DNA of 64,000 bases from an uncultured Actinomycetes bacterium (GCA_900314685.1 OMWE01000005.1:25315-89314), one strand, 5' to 3'. Positions 39,825 through 49,516 are shown, numbered from the stretch's first letter. Notes: a model not told the origin generated them from the letters alone. Made by a program: numbers and translations.

Positions 39825-40094
39825 GTGAAAAAGGGCGGTGAAATGGATCAGACCGAGGGCGAAATCAGACCGAGCGAAACGCACCTTTCAAAGGAAATGC
39901 AAGCGCTCATGGAGAAGACCCACGAAGCCCTGAAGAAGAAGTGGGCGACCGAGAAGCAGCAAGCGCAAACGGTCTATGAGACTGCCATTCCCTCGCAAAC
40001 GCTAACCATCGTCGGCAAGGAGAATGCCGAATACACAATCAACCACCTGAAGGCTTTGAAGCTGAATGGCACGTATCGAATCACCAAACGATAG
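39825..40094 (+). CDS. Phage hypothetical protein
   Basis: Co-oriented ORF; start may be ATG 39843. Confidence 0.55.
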   Translation: MKKGGEMDQTEGEIRPSETHLSKEMQALMEKTHEALKKKWATEKQQAQTVYETAIPSQTLTIVGKENAEYTINHLKALKLNGTYRITKR

Positions 40095-40108
40095 AAAGGA
40101 TTTTGAGC

Positions 40109-40432
40109 ATGGTACCGGAACTGACCAAGGAACAAAGGCTTGCCAACCTCGATAAGAGCATGGAGCTACGCAGGGCACGCGCCGGAATCCGCAACCAGCT
40201 TAAAGCCGGCGCGACAAGCGCGAGCGACGTTATCAGCCGTGCCGAGCGCGGCGACAAGGCGGCAAAGGGTATGCGCGTGAAGCAGCTTATAAGCGCAATG
40301 CCCGGATATGGCTTCAGCAAGACGCAAGCGCTCATGCGCGAGCTGCACATTTCGGAAAGCCGCCGCGTCGGAGGGCTTGGAGCCAACCAGACCAAGGCGC
40401 TTATCGAGAAGCTGGATGGGGTGGAAGCATGA
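40109..40432 (+). CDS. Actinobacterial integration host factor (mIHF/sIHF, S13-like H2TH) homologue
   Basis: PELTKEQRLANLDKSMELRRARA...MRVKQLISAMPGYG...HISESRRVGGLGANQTKAL parallels the mIHF pattern LPQLTPEQR...KMKVSALL..LP.VG...IA..RR..GLG..Q..AL. Confidence 0.88.
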   Translation: MVPELTKEQRLANLDKSMELRRARAGIRNQLKAGATSASDVISRAERGDKAAKGMRVKQLISAMPGYGFSKTQALMRELHISESRRVGGLGANQTKALIEKLDGVEA

Positions 40433-40827
40433 GCCTTAACGCAGTAGCCATATCCGGCAACCTTGGCAAGGATGCCGAGTTGCGCGTAACCACGGGCGGC
40501 ACATCCGTTCTCGCCTTTTCCGTTGCCGTCAACGAGCGCCGCCGACAGTCTGACGGCACCTATAAGGACAAGGCGAACTGGATTGATTGCGTGATGTTCG
40601 GCAAGCGTGCCGAGGGCATACAGCCTTACTTACGCCGTGGCTCGAAGCTTTCATTGACCGGGCGGCTTAGTCAAAACAAGTACGAGCACGACGGCAAGAC
40701 CTACAGCCGAATTGAAGTGATCGTGGACGAAGTAGAGCTGATGAACACGCGCCGTGAATCGCAGCAGAGCGAACCGGCACCGGCACAGCAAAGCGCCGAC
40801 GTTGCCGACGCAGACATTCCGTTCTAA
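40429..40827 (+). CDS. ssb: Single-stranded DNA-binding protein
   Basis: NAVAISGNLGKDAELR, WIDCVMFGKRAE, C-terminal DIPF. Confidence 0.95.
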   Translation: MSLNAVAISGNLGKDAELRVTTGGTSVLAFSVAVNERRRQSDGTYKDKANWIDCVMFGKRAEGIQPYLRRGSKLSLTGRLSQNKYEHDGKTYSRIEVIVDEVELMNTRRESQQSEPAPAQQSADVADADIPF

Positions 40828-40838
40828 GGGGGGTGGCA

Positions 40839-41222
40839 ATGCATTGTTTCGTTAGCGGAAGACGTACAGGCAAGACGTGGAACCTAATCAACCTTTCGCA
40901 TGACACAGGCTTAACAATCGTAGCGCGTAATGAGATGGCGGCAAGGGCAATCGAGCATCAGGCACGCGAGATGGGCAAGCCGATTCCAAAGCCCATTTCC
41001 TACGTGAGCCTGGCGGCACGACCTATCCCAAATCAACGTGTTCTTGTTGACGAAGCGCAAGGCGTGCTTGATGACGCGTTGCGGGCGCACGTGGTTGCCG
41101 CTTCCATTGACGGCGATGTGCTCACAAGCGCAAACCATGCAATAGGTCGAATGGGTCTTCTAGAACTGATGCGCACATGGCGCAAGGCGCGAAAGCTAGT
41201 AAAAGAGCGCGTCGATGATTGA
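40839..41222 (+). CDS. Small phage protein with P-loop-like GRRTGKT and VLVDEA motifs
   Basis: Walker A/B-like words in about 128 aa. Confidence 0.55.
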   Translation: MHCFVSGRRTGKTWNLINLSHDTGLTIVARNEMAARAIEHQAREMGKPIPKPISYVSLAARPIPNQRVLVDEAQGVLDDALRAHVVAASIDGDVLTSANHAIGRMGLLELMRTWRKARKLVKERVDD

Positions 41223-41406
41223 TGATTGCGAAAACAGGGGCGTGGTTGTCGGCGGCAAGAAATGCTTCTGCAAGCCGTGGAAGCTTTGGACGAACTGCCT
41301 TGAAGTTGGCTATTGCGTGATGGAAAAGCTGAAGCACGATGACCAGCCGACCGGCCAACCAACGCTATTCGATTTGGAGGAAGAGGAATGCAGGGAAGAA
41401 GATTGA
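41215..41406 (+). CDS. Phage hypothetical protein (Cys-rich)
   Basis: Overlaps both neighbours; several Cys. Confidence 0.45.
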   Translation: MIDDCENRGVVVGGKKCFCKPWKLWTNCLEVGYCVMEKLKHDDQPTGQPTLFDLEEEECREED

Positions 41407-41825
41407 ACGTGCGCATGAACGATGGCATGGAAGCGCCGGCATACGCGCACAAGGGCGACGCGGGGCTAGACCTGAGAATCACCGAAGCCGTTACCCTCGA
41501 ATCGCTCGAACGCAAGACGGTTGGTTGCGGCATCGCCGTTGAGATTCCCGAGGGATGCGTTGGGCTTCTGTTCCCTCGAAGCGGGCTTGCGAGCAAGCAG
41601 GGTATCGCGCTTGCAAACGGCGTCGGCGTGATTGATAGCGGATACCGTGGAGAGATCGGCGTATCGCTCATTAACGGTGGATACAAAGCCGTCACGCTCG
41701 AATCGGGCACCCGTGTTTGTCAGCTTGTCGTTATGCCGTATGTTCCTTGCACCGTTGTTCAGGTGGACGAGCTGGAAGAGACGGAGCGCGGCTTTGGCGG
41801 CTTTGGCAGCACCGGCGTTAGGTAG
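41388..41825 (+). CDS. dut: Trimeric dUTPase
   Basis: All five motifs: AGLDL, PRSGLA, GVIDSGYRGEI, RVCQLV, RGFGGFGSTG. Confidence 0.95.
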   Translation: MQGRRLNVRMNDGMEAPAYAHKGDAGLDLRITEAVTLESLERKTVGCGIAVEIPEGCVGLLFPRSGLASKQGIALANGVGVIDSGYRGEIGVSLINGGYKAVTLESGTRVCQLVVMPYVPCTVVQVDELEETERGFGGFGSTGVR

Positions 41826-41830
41826 CGGCT

Positions 41831-42280
41831 ATGTTGGCGCAAGAGTATTTCGAGCAGATACGCGACACGGTAAACGAGATAGCACGCACAGAAGAAATGC
41901 TTGCAGCGCTGAAGGCAAGGGAAGGCGTGAAGGGCATCAGCTATGAACCGCACTACGGCGGCGGTTGTGCGGGAGATGCCATGGACGCAATCAACCGCCG
42001 CATTGATTTGCAAGAGAGATTGGCAATGCGCGTCGATGATGCCACAAAGGTTCTGGACGAAGCGACCGCGCTACTGTACGGCGATGACAACCACGGCGGG
42101 TTAGCCAAGCTGAAGGGCAACCGATATGCCGACGTTCTTTGCATGGCATATCTTCAGGCGATGCCATGGAAGGAAGTTGCGGACGTTATGAGCTGTTCGC
42201 CCAAGTGGTGCCATGAGTTGGCGGGCGCGGCATTCCGCTACATCGACAAGGAAGGATTCGCCAAAGTGCGCACCGCATGA
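41831..42280 (+). CDS. Putative late-gene transcriptional activator (RinA/ArpU/DUF1492-like)
   Basis: C-terminal sigma-4-like HTH (YLQAMPWKEVADVMSCSPKWC); last early gene before packaging module. Confidence 0.7.
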   Translation: MLAQEYFEQIRDTVNEIARTEEMLAALKAREGVKGISYEPHYGGGCAGDAMDAINRRIDLQERLAMRVDDATKVLDEATALLYGDDNHGGLAKLKGNRYADVLCMAYLQAMPWKEVADVMSCSPKWCHELAGAAFRYIDKEGFAKVRTA

Positions 42281-42311
42281 AAATTGGTACTTCCCTTCAG
42301 TTCCGCTTCTG

Positions 42312-42320
42312 TGCTAAAGT
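42312..42320 (+). promoter_or_regulatory. Putative late promoter, extended -10 TGCTAAAGT
   Basis: TGn-TAAAGT just downstream of the activator gene; position typical of siphovirus late promoters. Confidence 0.4.
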
Positions 42321-42347
42321 TCGCTACGGTGGCATAGGTCACAAGAG

Positions 42348-42377
42348 GGCACACGGATTGAAACCGTGTGCCTTTTT
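42348..42377 (+). terminator. Intrinsic terminator upstream of HNH gene
   Basis: GGCACACGG-attgaaa-CCGTGTGCC followed by TTTTT. Confidence 0.7.
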
Positions 42378-42395
42378 CTTTAGGCGGTGTGCATC

Positions 42396-42713
42396 ATGGC
42401 TAAGCCTTTCAGCTATGCGTTCTACCATTCGAGCGCATGGGCACAAGCCCGCGAATCGGCATTGATCAGAGACAACCACCTTTGCCAACGCTGCTTAGCC
42501 AACGGAGACATAACGCCGGCGACAATGGTTCACCATATCCAAGAGCTGACGCCGGACAACATCAACGACCCAAACATAACGTGCGGGCTTGATAACTTGG
42601 TAAGCCTTTGCGATAGGTGCCACAAGATAACGCACGGCTGGGCGCGAAACGGAGCAACAAGGCAAGGTCTTGCGTTTGACAGCGACGGCAATTTAATTTG
42701 CCTGAGCGAGTGA
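42396..42713 (+). CDS. HNH endonuclease (terminase-associated)
   Basis: LCQRC...MVHHI...NLVSLCDRCHKITH; precedes terminase small subunit. Confidence 0.92.
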   Translation: MAKPFSYAFYHSSAWAQARESALIRDNHLCQRCLANGDITPATMVHHIQELTPDNINDPNITCGLDNLVSLCDRCHKITHGWARNGATRQGLAFDSDGNLICLSE

Positions 42714-42715
42714 GA

Positions 42716-42745
42716 CAACGCAACATAACACAACACAACACAAAA
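42716..42745 (+). repeat. Six 5-bp CAACA-type repeats in the presumptive cos region
   Basis: CAACG CAACA TAACA CAACA CAACA CAAAA. Confidence 0.7.
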
Positions 42746-42877
42746 ATTTCTGACACAAAACCGCAGGTAAACGCAACGCAGCATCCCCCCGATTTAGAAA
42801 AAACGCTTGATGCCTAGGGCACCAACGCCGGGAGGTAAATTCTTGCGCGTGCTGGATTTTCAAAGGGGGGTGGTCTT

Positions 42878-43303
42878 GTGAAATCAAAGAAAGTGTGCGA
42901 TAGTTCGCAAATTTCGGCAGAAATCGGCACAAGTTCAAAAAAGCGCAAGCCGCCCGCCACGCAAGCGCGTGTCGATTCGGAGTTGCGCAAGCTTCAGCGC
43001 ATCACGAAAGACGCCATACCGGACGAGAAGCGCAACGTCGTGCTAAGTATGTTGCCTAATCTGGCATTTATGAAAGTGAAGCTGGACGAAGCCCGCAAAG
43101 AACTGATGAATGAGCATATCGTCTGCGAGTACGACAACGGCGGCGGGCAAACGGGATTGCGCGAGCATCCGGGCTTTGTCGCCTACAACAAGCTATTCAC
43201 GACCTTCCAAAGGGGCATCAAGCAGCTTTGCGATCTAATGCCAGCGGGCGCAAGCGCCGCCGATGCCCTGACGGAATACCTAGCAAATACGCGGTATGAC
43301 TAA
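42878..43303 (+). CDS. Terminase small subunit
   Basis: YDNGGGQTGLREHP motif; position before terL. Confidence 0.85.
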   Translation: MKSKKVCDSSQISAEIGTSSKKRKPPATQARVDSELRKLQRITKDAIPDEKRNVVLSMLPNLAFMKVKLDEARKELMNEHIVCEYDNGGGQTGLREHPGFVAYNKLFTTFQRGIKQLCDLMPAGASAADALTEYLANTRYD

Positions 43304-45014
43304 GCCGCGCAAGGATGGGCGTTGCGAACGTGCCATAAGGTCTTATTTCGGCGGAATCAAAGACGGATCAATCACGGCTTGCCGCAAGATGAAGCAGGTT
43401 GCCGAAATCGTCTTGCGCGACATGGACAACAAAGACTCGCTTTATCCGTATCACTTCCGCGAGGAATACGCGGAGAAGCACGTCGGCTTCATCGAACGGT
43501 TTTGCCGTCTACCTTCCGGCAAGCTTGGGCACGCCTTCAACCTAGAGCTATTCCAACTTGCCATTCTTTCAGTGATTTTCGGGTTCGTGGATGCCGAGGG
43601 CTTACGGCAATACCGTGAAGTGCTGTGGATCATGGGAAGGAAGAACGGCAAGACGGCGCTTGCGTCTGCAATCGAGCTTGATTTGCTAGTCAACGATGAC
43701 GAGGGCGCACCGGAAATCTACAACGTGGCAACCGCCCATGACCAAGCGGCAAAGGGATTCAACAACGCCTTGCGAATGGTCAAGACTTCACCGGCGCTGG
43801 CAAAGCACGTGCGAAAGCGCGTTACCGATTTGTACTGTGATTTGAACATGGGCGTCATTCGCGCCCTTGCGGCTAACACCAACTACCTAGACGGCTTGGA
43901 CGTGTCTGGCGCAATCATTGACGAGCTAGGCGCGATGCGCAACCGTGACCTTTACGACCTGACAATTCAAGGCACATCGGCACGACGTCAACCTCTGGTT
44001 CTAGAGATCACGACCAACGGCTTTGTCCGTGCGGGCATCTTTGACGCGCAATACAAATACGCGGCAAATTGGCTGGACGGCAAGGCAACCGGCGTCGATG
44101 CAGAGCACTTTATTGCGTTTGTGTACGAGCTGGACGAACGGGAGGAATGGGAAAATGAAGCGGCTTGGTACAAAGCCAACCCCGGCTTAGGGAAAATCAA
44201 GTCTCTGGCGGCGCTGAAGAAGAACGTTGCAAAGGCAAAGAACGACCCTACGTTCTTGCCGACGCTGCTTGTGAAAGACTTCAACCTAATTGAGAACCAA
44301 AGCCAAGCATGGCTAACGTGGTCTGAGATTCACAACGCCGCGACGTTCGACCCGGCGGACGGCTTCAAATACGGCGTTCTTGGCGTGGACGCATCGGACA
44401 CGACCGATCTAACGGCGGCGTGCATGTTGATGAAGCGCCCGCACGACGAGAATATCTATGCAATGCATATGGCATGGATACCAGAACGCGCGTTGGAGCA
44501 AGCAGAGCGCGAGGGGCGACGCGGCGGGCGTGACGGCGTGCCTTACGATGCTTGGATTGCGAACGGCTACCTACGCACGTGCGCAACGCCAATCATCGAC
44601 AAGCGCGTTGTTCTCGAATGGGTGCAAGAGATTCAAGACAAGTACGGTATCTATGCCGCCGCGTGCGGCTATGACCCGTGGCACATGCGAGACGTTCCGA
44701 CCGTCGAAGCATACGAAGGCTATTTCGGTGCCGACTACTTCAGGCGCGTTGTTCAGGGCGCACAGACCCTATCAATGCCGATGAAGGAACTTAGGGCGCT
44801 TTACCGCGAAAACAAGATTGTCGATAACGCGAACCCTATTGCGGAATGGTGCCGCTCGAACGTTGCCGTTCGTAGCGACGCAAACGGCAACATTGCGCCC
44901 GACAAGAAGAACCAAGACCCGCGCAACCGCATTGACGCTTGGGCGGCTGAGTGTGACGCGTTCGTTGTCCTAAAGGACATAGCGGACGAATACCAATCAA
45001 TGATAGGGGGTTAG
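43296..45014 (+). CDS. Terminase large subunit
   Basis: MGRKNGKT Walker A, IIDEL Walker B, LGVDASDTTD nuclease motif. Confidence 0.96.
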   Translation: MTKPRKDGRCERAIRSYFGGIKDGSITACRKMKQVAEIVLRDMDNKDSLYPYHFREEYAEKHVGFIERFCRLPSGKLGHAFNLELFQLAILSVIFGFVDAEGLRQYREVLWIMGRKNGKTALASAIELDLLVNDDEGAPEIYNVATAHDQAAKGFNNALRMVKTSPALAKHVRKRVTDLYCDLNMGVIRALAANTNYLDGLDVSGAIIDELGAMRNRDLYDLTIQGTSARRQPLVLEITTNGFVRAGIFDAQYKYAANWLDGKATGVDAEHFIAFVYELDEREEWENEAAWYKANPGLGKIKSLAALKKNVAKAKNDPTFLPTLLVKDFNLIENQSQAWLTWSEIHNAATFDPADGFKYGVLGVDASDTTDLTAACMLMKRPHDENIYAMHMAWIPERALEQAEREGRRGGRDGVPYDAWIANGYLRTCATPIIDKRVVLEWVQEIQDKYGIYAAACGYDPWHMRDVPTVEAYEGYFGADYFRRVVQGAQTLSMPMKELRALYRENKIVDNANPIAEWCRSNVAVRSDANGNIAPDKKNQDPRNRIDAWAAECDAFVVLKDIADEYQSMIGG

Positions 45015-45016
45015 AC

Positions 45017-46294
45017 GTGGCAAGAGTGAAAAGGCGTCGGCGCTTGCGCTCCATGTTCGACGCAGTGTTTCACCGCCCACAGGTCAAGGCGGTTAACGGC
45101 TACTTTTCGACGTTCACCGCCTACCAGCCGAGCTTCACGACGTGGACGGGCGGAATCTACGAAGCAGAGCTTACGCGTTCAATCATCGAGAGCGGCGCGA
45201 ACCACGCTTCAAAGCTGAAGCCGGAAATCCAAGGCGTGGCGCAAAGCCAAGCCACGGCGTCTTTGAGGTACCAGCCCAACCCATGGATGACAACACCGCA
45301 ATTCATCAAGCGCATCTATACGATGCTGCAAGTAAACGATACGGCGCTGATCATCCCGATTTTTGCGGAAGACAACATCACGCAGGTTGGCTATTACCCC
45401 GTGTTGCCGACCAGCTGCACGGCGTATGACGTGGACGGCGAGTTGTGGCTAGGGCTTGACTTCCCGACCGGTCAAACCGTCTATGTCGAGTGGTCAAGGT
45501 GCGGCGTGATGACGCGACACCAATACCGCGATGACCTGTTCGGCGACGGCACGAACGTTCTTAACCCGACGCTGGAACTGCTGCAAGCGCAGAACGAGGG
45601 CGAGCAGGAAGCAATCAAGCAGGGCGCTTCTATACGCTTTATTGGCAAGCTTTCGCAGAACCGCAACGAGGAAGACCAAGAGGAAGCCCGAAAGCGCTTC
45701 AACCGGCAGCTTGCGCCTGAGAATTCAGGCGGCATCGCCGTTTACGACCGTCTGTTTGACGAGGTAACGCAGATTACGCCGTCGAGCTACACCGTTGACG
45801 CCGAGCAGATGGAGCGCATAGAGAAGGCGGCATACCGCTTCTTTGGCATGTCTGAAGACGTGGTGCTAAACCGTGCCGACGAAGAGACTTACAACGCCTT
45901 TTACGAGGGCAATATTGAGACGTTCGCCGTGCAGCTTGGTTTTGTGCTAACGACGATGACCTTCTCAAAGACCGAGATTGCCCACGGAAACGAAATAATG
46001 TTTTCGGCAAACCGGTTGGAGTTCGCAAGTAACGCAACCAAGCTGAACGTTGCGACGGCGATGTTCGACCGTGGAGTTTTCAGCGGCAACCAAGTAGCCG
46101 ACATATTCCAATCGCCGCACTATGACGGCGGAGAGCGCCACGTGATACGCGGCGAGTACATCGACCTTGACTTGATCAGCGAGCACACGGCGGAAGCGGC
46201 GGCGGAAGCAGCCGAGACGAACGCCAAAATTGCCATTTCAGACCAGCTAGGCAACACGAACGAGGGGGCAGACGATGCCAGCGAAACCGAATGA
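45017..46294 (+). CDS. Portal protein (HK97 family)
   Basis: 425 aa after terL; QPNPWMT, KAAYRFFG. Confidence 0.93.
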   Translation: MARVKRRRRLRSMFDAVFHRPQVKAVNGYFSTFTAYQPSFTTWTGGIYEAELTRSIIESGANHASKLKPEIQGVAQSQATASLRYQPNPWMTTPQFIKRIYTMLQVNDTALIIPIFAEDNITQVGYYPVLPTSCTAYDVDGELWLGLDFPTGQTVYVEWSRCGVMTRHQYRDDLFGDGTNVLNPTLELLQAQNEGEQEAIKQGASIRFIGKLSQNRNEEDQEEARKRFNRQLAPENSGGIAVYDRLFDEVTQITPSSYTVDAEQMERIEKAAYRFFGMSEDVVLNRADEETYNAFYEGNIETFAVQLGFVLTTMTFSKTEIAHGNEIMFSANRLEFASNATKLNVATAMFDRGVFSGNQVADIFQSPHYDGGERHVIRGEYIDLDLISEHTAEAAAEAAETNAKIAISDQLGNTNEGADDASETE

Positions 46295-46922
46295 AAGGCA
46301 GTATCGAGCGCTAACGACGGCGCTTGCGCCGGTCAAGCGTGCCGAGGGCACGACCGAGGATCCGAAGAAGCGGTTTGATTCCGATTACTACGTAGAGGGC
46401 TACGCATCGACCTTCAACGACCCTTATGTGCTGTTCGAGGATTGGGACGGCAACAAATACAGCGAGGTTATCAGCCCCGATGCCTTCCGCGATGCCGACA
46501 TGTCCGACGTGATCATGCAGTTCGACCATGAGGGGCGCGTATACGCCCGCATGAGCAACGGCACGTTGATTGTAGAGCCTGACGAACACGGCTTGTTCAT
46601 CGCCGCCGACCTTTCGCGCAGCCAAGCGGCACGCGACCTTTACGAGGAAATCGACGCAGGACTTATAACGCGCATGTCATGGGCTTTCACCGTGGCTGCT
46701 GACGAGTACGACCGTGAGACGCGCACGGACACAATCACGCGCATCAAGAAGGTTTTCGACGTGTCGGCGGTGAGCCTTCCGGCTGACCCCAACACCGAGA
46801 TAAGCGCACGCAACCTGCTTAACGGAGAGATTGAGCGGACGCGCAAGGAGATTGCGCGGCGGCGCATGACGCACGCGAGGGCGTGCGCCGTAATGGCAAT
46901 TGCGAACGCAAAGAGAGGTTAG
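46275..46922 (+). CDS. HK97-family prohead protease
   Basis: VEGYASTFN, FDHEG, MSWAF, DVSAVSLPA. Confidence 0.93.
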   Translation: MPAKPNERQYRALTTALAPVKRAEGTTEDPKKRFDSDYYVEGYASTFNDPYVLFEDWDGNKYSEVISPDAFRDADMSDVIMQFDHEGRVYARMSNGTLIVEPDEHGLFIAADLSRSQAARDLYEEIDAGLITRMSWAFTVAADEYDRETRTDTITRIKKVFDVSAVSLPADPNTEISARNLLNGEIERTRKEIARRRMTHARACAVMAIANAKRG

Positions 46923-46925
46923 AAA

Positions 46926-48161
46926 ATGAATCTGGACGATCTGCTTACCGAGCTTCAGACACTCGTTGACAAGTACGCCAACGGCACGCCCGAGGGCACC
47001 ACGGATGACGAGGCGCAGCAGGACGAAGAGCGCATGGCTACGCTCACGCAGGAGATTAAGCGCATCACCACCGAGAATGAGAACGCCCGCACCGCCCGCG
47101 CTGCCGCGCTGACGAACGCACGTTCTGCCATTGAGAGCGGCAAGGCCGCTGTTGTATCCAACGTCCCGCTTGCACGCAGCGCGAGCGCCACGGGCGGCGT
47201 GGTCATCGACAAGACCGATTACAAGGCGGCTTACCGCCGCGCTTGGGTGAAGAACGTTGCGACGCGCGGCGGCATTCAGCTTGCCGACGGCAACGAGCTG
47301 AATGCCGTTGAGCGTGCGGCATTCACCCACACGACCGGCAACACCGACAGCGTTGTGCCCAAGGAGATTCAGGACGAGATTATCAGCCTGATTGACAACA
47401 CGGCAGTTCTGTTCGGCGACGCTTCACGCTCGAACCTGAAGAACCAGTTTGAGATTGTGCGCCACAAGGCTATTGCCGCCGGCGACGCCGGAAAGACCGA
47501 CGAGGGCGCTGCACCCGACTACGAGCAGAACAGCTTTGACACCATTTCCCTTGTGGGCGAGGAGATCAAGAAGACCGTCAAAATGTCCCGCAAGATGGCT
47601 GTTCAGTCCATGGACGGTTTCGAGCAGTACATCATCAACGAGGTTGCTGCCCGCCTTTCCGTTGCGGCTAACGCCTTCTGCCATGAGCGCTTGGCAGACG
47701 AAACGCTTGGCATCGACACGGCGAACAAGATTGCCAGTGCGGGCGTTAAGAAGCTTTCCAAGGCTGACATTACCAAGGCGCTTTCCCTGCTGAAGACCTT
47801 TGGCAACCCCGCCGCGAAGGGCGCTATCTTCTATGGCAATTCCGACATGATCTGGAACTACCTTGCCATGATCGAGGACGGCAACAACCGTTCCTATTTC
47901 GTGGACGAGAAGACCGACGACCCTGAGGTGCAGGGACGCATTTTCGGCAAGCTTGTGAAGCAAGACGATTCTATGGCGGACGGGACGCTTCTTGTCGGCT
48001 ATCCCGACCTGCTGAAGGGCAACGTCTTTGATGGCGTCGACGTTCAGGGCTACGTAGCAACAGACGGTTCGCAGAAACATTGCTTTGACGGCTATCTGCT
48101 TTACGATTGCGGGCTTGTCGTTCCCAAGGGATTCGTTCAGCTCACCGTCAAGCAGTCCTAA
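46926..48161 (+). CDS. Major capsid protein (HK97 fold with delta domain)
   Basis: Coiled-coil N-terminus, VVPKEIQDEII, capsid-like core. Confidence 0.92.
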   Translation: MNLDDLLTELQTLVDKYANGTPEGTTDDEAQQDEERMATLTQEIKRITTENENARTARAAALTNARSAIESGKAAVVSNVPLARSASATGGVVIDKTDYKAAYRRAWVKNVATRGGIQLADGNELNAVERAAFTHTTGNTDSVVPKEIQDEIISLIDNTAVLFGDASRSNLKNQFEIVRHKAIAAGDAGKTDEGAAPDYEQNSFDTISLVGEEIKKTVKMSRKMAVQSMDGFEQYIINEVAARLSVAANAFCHERLADETLGIDTANKIASAGVKKLSKADITKALSLLKTFGNPAAKGAIFYGNSDMIWNYLAMIEDGNNRSYFVDEKTDDPEVQGRIFGKLVKQDDSMADGTLLVGYPDLLKGNVFDGVDVQGYVATDGSQKHCFDGYLLYDCGLVVPKGFVQLTVKQS

Positions 48162-48178
48162 TCTCACGGGGGCGCATC

Positions 48179-48502
48179 ATGGCTGGTAGCAAGAAAGCAG
48201 ACCTTATAGCGTCTTGCCGCGCCGCGTTGCGCATCCCCGCCGACTGCCTTATCTATGACGATGAAATAGCCGACCTTATCAGCGCCGCCCGTTCCGCCTT
48301 GCGGGCTGGCGGCGTCTCTGAAGCCATGGCGACAAGCGACGATGACGCGAGCGTGCGCGTTGCCGTGAAGGTCTACGTAAAGGCTAATTTCGGCATGGAT
48401 AACCCAGACGCCGAAAGGCTGATGCAGTCATTCCGCGACATGCTTTGCCGCATGGCTGGGAGCACCGAGCACGGCGAGCCTGAGAAAGCGGGGGCGCAAT
48501 GA
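48179..48502 (+). CDS. Head-tail connector (gp6-like)
   Basis: YDDEIADLISAAR...AVKVYVKANFG; position. Confidence 0.8.
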   Translation: MAGSKKADLIASCRAALRIPADCLIYDDEIADLISAARSALRAGGVSEAMATSDDDASVRVAVKVYVKANFGMDNPDAERLMQSFRDMLCRMAGSTEHGEPEKAGAQ

Positions 48503-48807
48503 GCATGTGGGCTGGAATGTGCCAGCTGATCATAGAGACGCAGAAGCGCGACAAGCGCGGCGTCGTGTCAACCGTGACGGCTGAACGACAGGTGCCTTGC
48601 AACGTCTACAGCATAAGCGCAGCAGCCTATTACGCCGCAAGCGCCGCCGGAATCCGACCGCAAGCGGTTATCGAGCTGAGGGCGTGCGCCTACCGCGACG
48701 AATCGCTAGTCAGGTTCCGTGGCACCGTGTACGCCGTTGAGCGCGTGGAGCGCACGCCGGACAACGTGCGGCTGACGCTTGTTGAAAGGGTGGGCAATCG
48801 TGAGTAG
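48499..48807 (+). CDS. Head closure protein
   Basis: Position; GIRPQAVIELR...YAVERV. Confidence 0.75.
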   Translation: MSMWAGMCQLIIETQKRDKRGVVSTVTAERQVPCNVYSISAAAYYAASAAGIRPQAVIELRACAYRDESLVRFRGTVYAVERVERTPDNVRLTLVERVGNRE

Positions 48808-49180
48808 AGGCACAAGCAACGACATTGAGCGCACCATCAACGCTTACATGCGCGAGTGCATAGACGAGAACGAAGAAGTCTTGGAGCAACGCGCAATCGA
48901 CGCCGGCAAAGATGCCGTTAAAGAGCTGAAGAAGGAAAGCCGCAAGCGTTCGGGACAGTACGCCAAAGGCTGGAAGTATAGCGTTGACAGCGGGGAAGCC
49001 GGCGTCGAAGTCACCGTGCATAACAAGCAGTACCAGCTAACGCACCTGCTTGAAAACGACCACCTCATAAAGAACCAGACCGGCAAGACATACGGAACAG
49101 CGCACGGCGACAAGGTCATTTCGTCCGTTGCTGAGCGGATAGGCGAGCAGTTCGCCAACGGCGGCGGCGATGCAAAGTGA
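48800..49180 (+). CDS. HK97 gp10-like neck protein
   Basis: SGQYAKGW, LTHLLEN motifs. Confidence 0.8.
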   Translation: MSRGTSNDIERTINAYMRECIDENEEVLEQRAIDAGKDAVKELKKESRKRSGQYAKGWKYSVDSGEAGVEVTVHNKQYQLTHLLENDHLIKNQTGKTYGTAHGDKVISSVAERIGEQFANGGGDAK

Positions 49181-49503
49181 TGAAGATAGATGACCTTTGC
49201 AAGCTGCTTGACGGCTTGGGAATCCCTTGGACTAACGAGGGCTACACGGACGAAGACCGACCAGAGCCGCCATACATAAGCCTTGAAGCCGACTTGGGCG
49301 GTACGTCCTACGCCGACAACAAGGCGTGGGCAAGCTGGATGAACTACGAAATCCTGCTTTACACGGCGCATCGCGCCTATGAGCTGGAAGACAAAATCGA
49401 ATCGGCGCTTGATGCCGAGGGATGCGCCTATAGCGAATCCGTCACGCACGTAGTCGGCGAACGCCTTGTTGTCGCTTCCTTCTATGTCAGCGTGCAAGAG
49501 TAA
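49177..49503 (+). CDS. Tail terminator/completion protein
   Basis: Position before major tail protein; PPYI, EILLYT. Confidence 0.7.
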   Translation: MMKIDDLCKLLDGLGIPWTNEGYTDEDRPEPPYISLEADLGGTSYADNKAWASWMNYEILLYTAHRAYELEDKIESALDAEGCAYSESVTHVVGERLVVASFYVSVQE

Positions 49504-49516
49504 AGGAGAAACAGAA

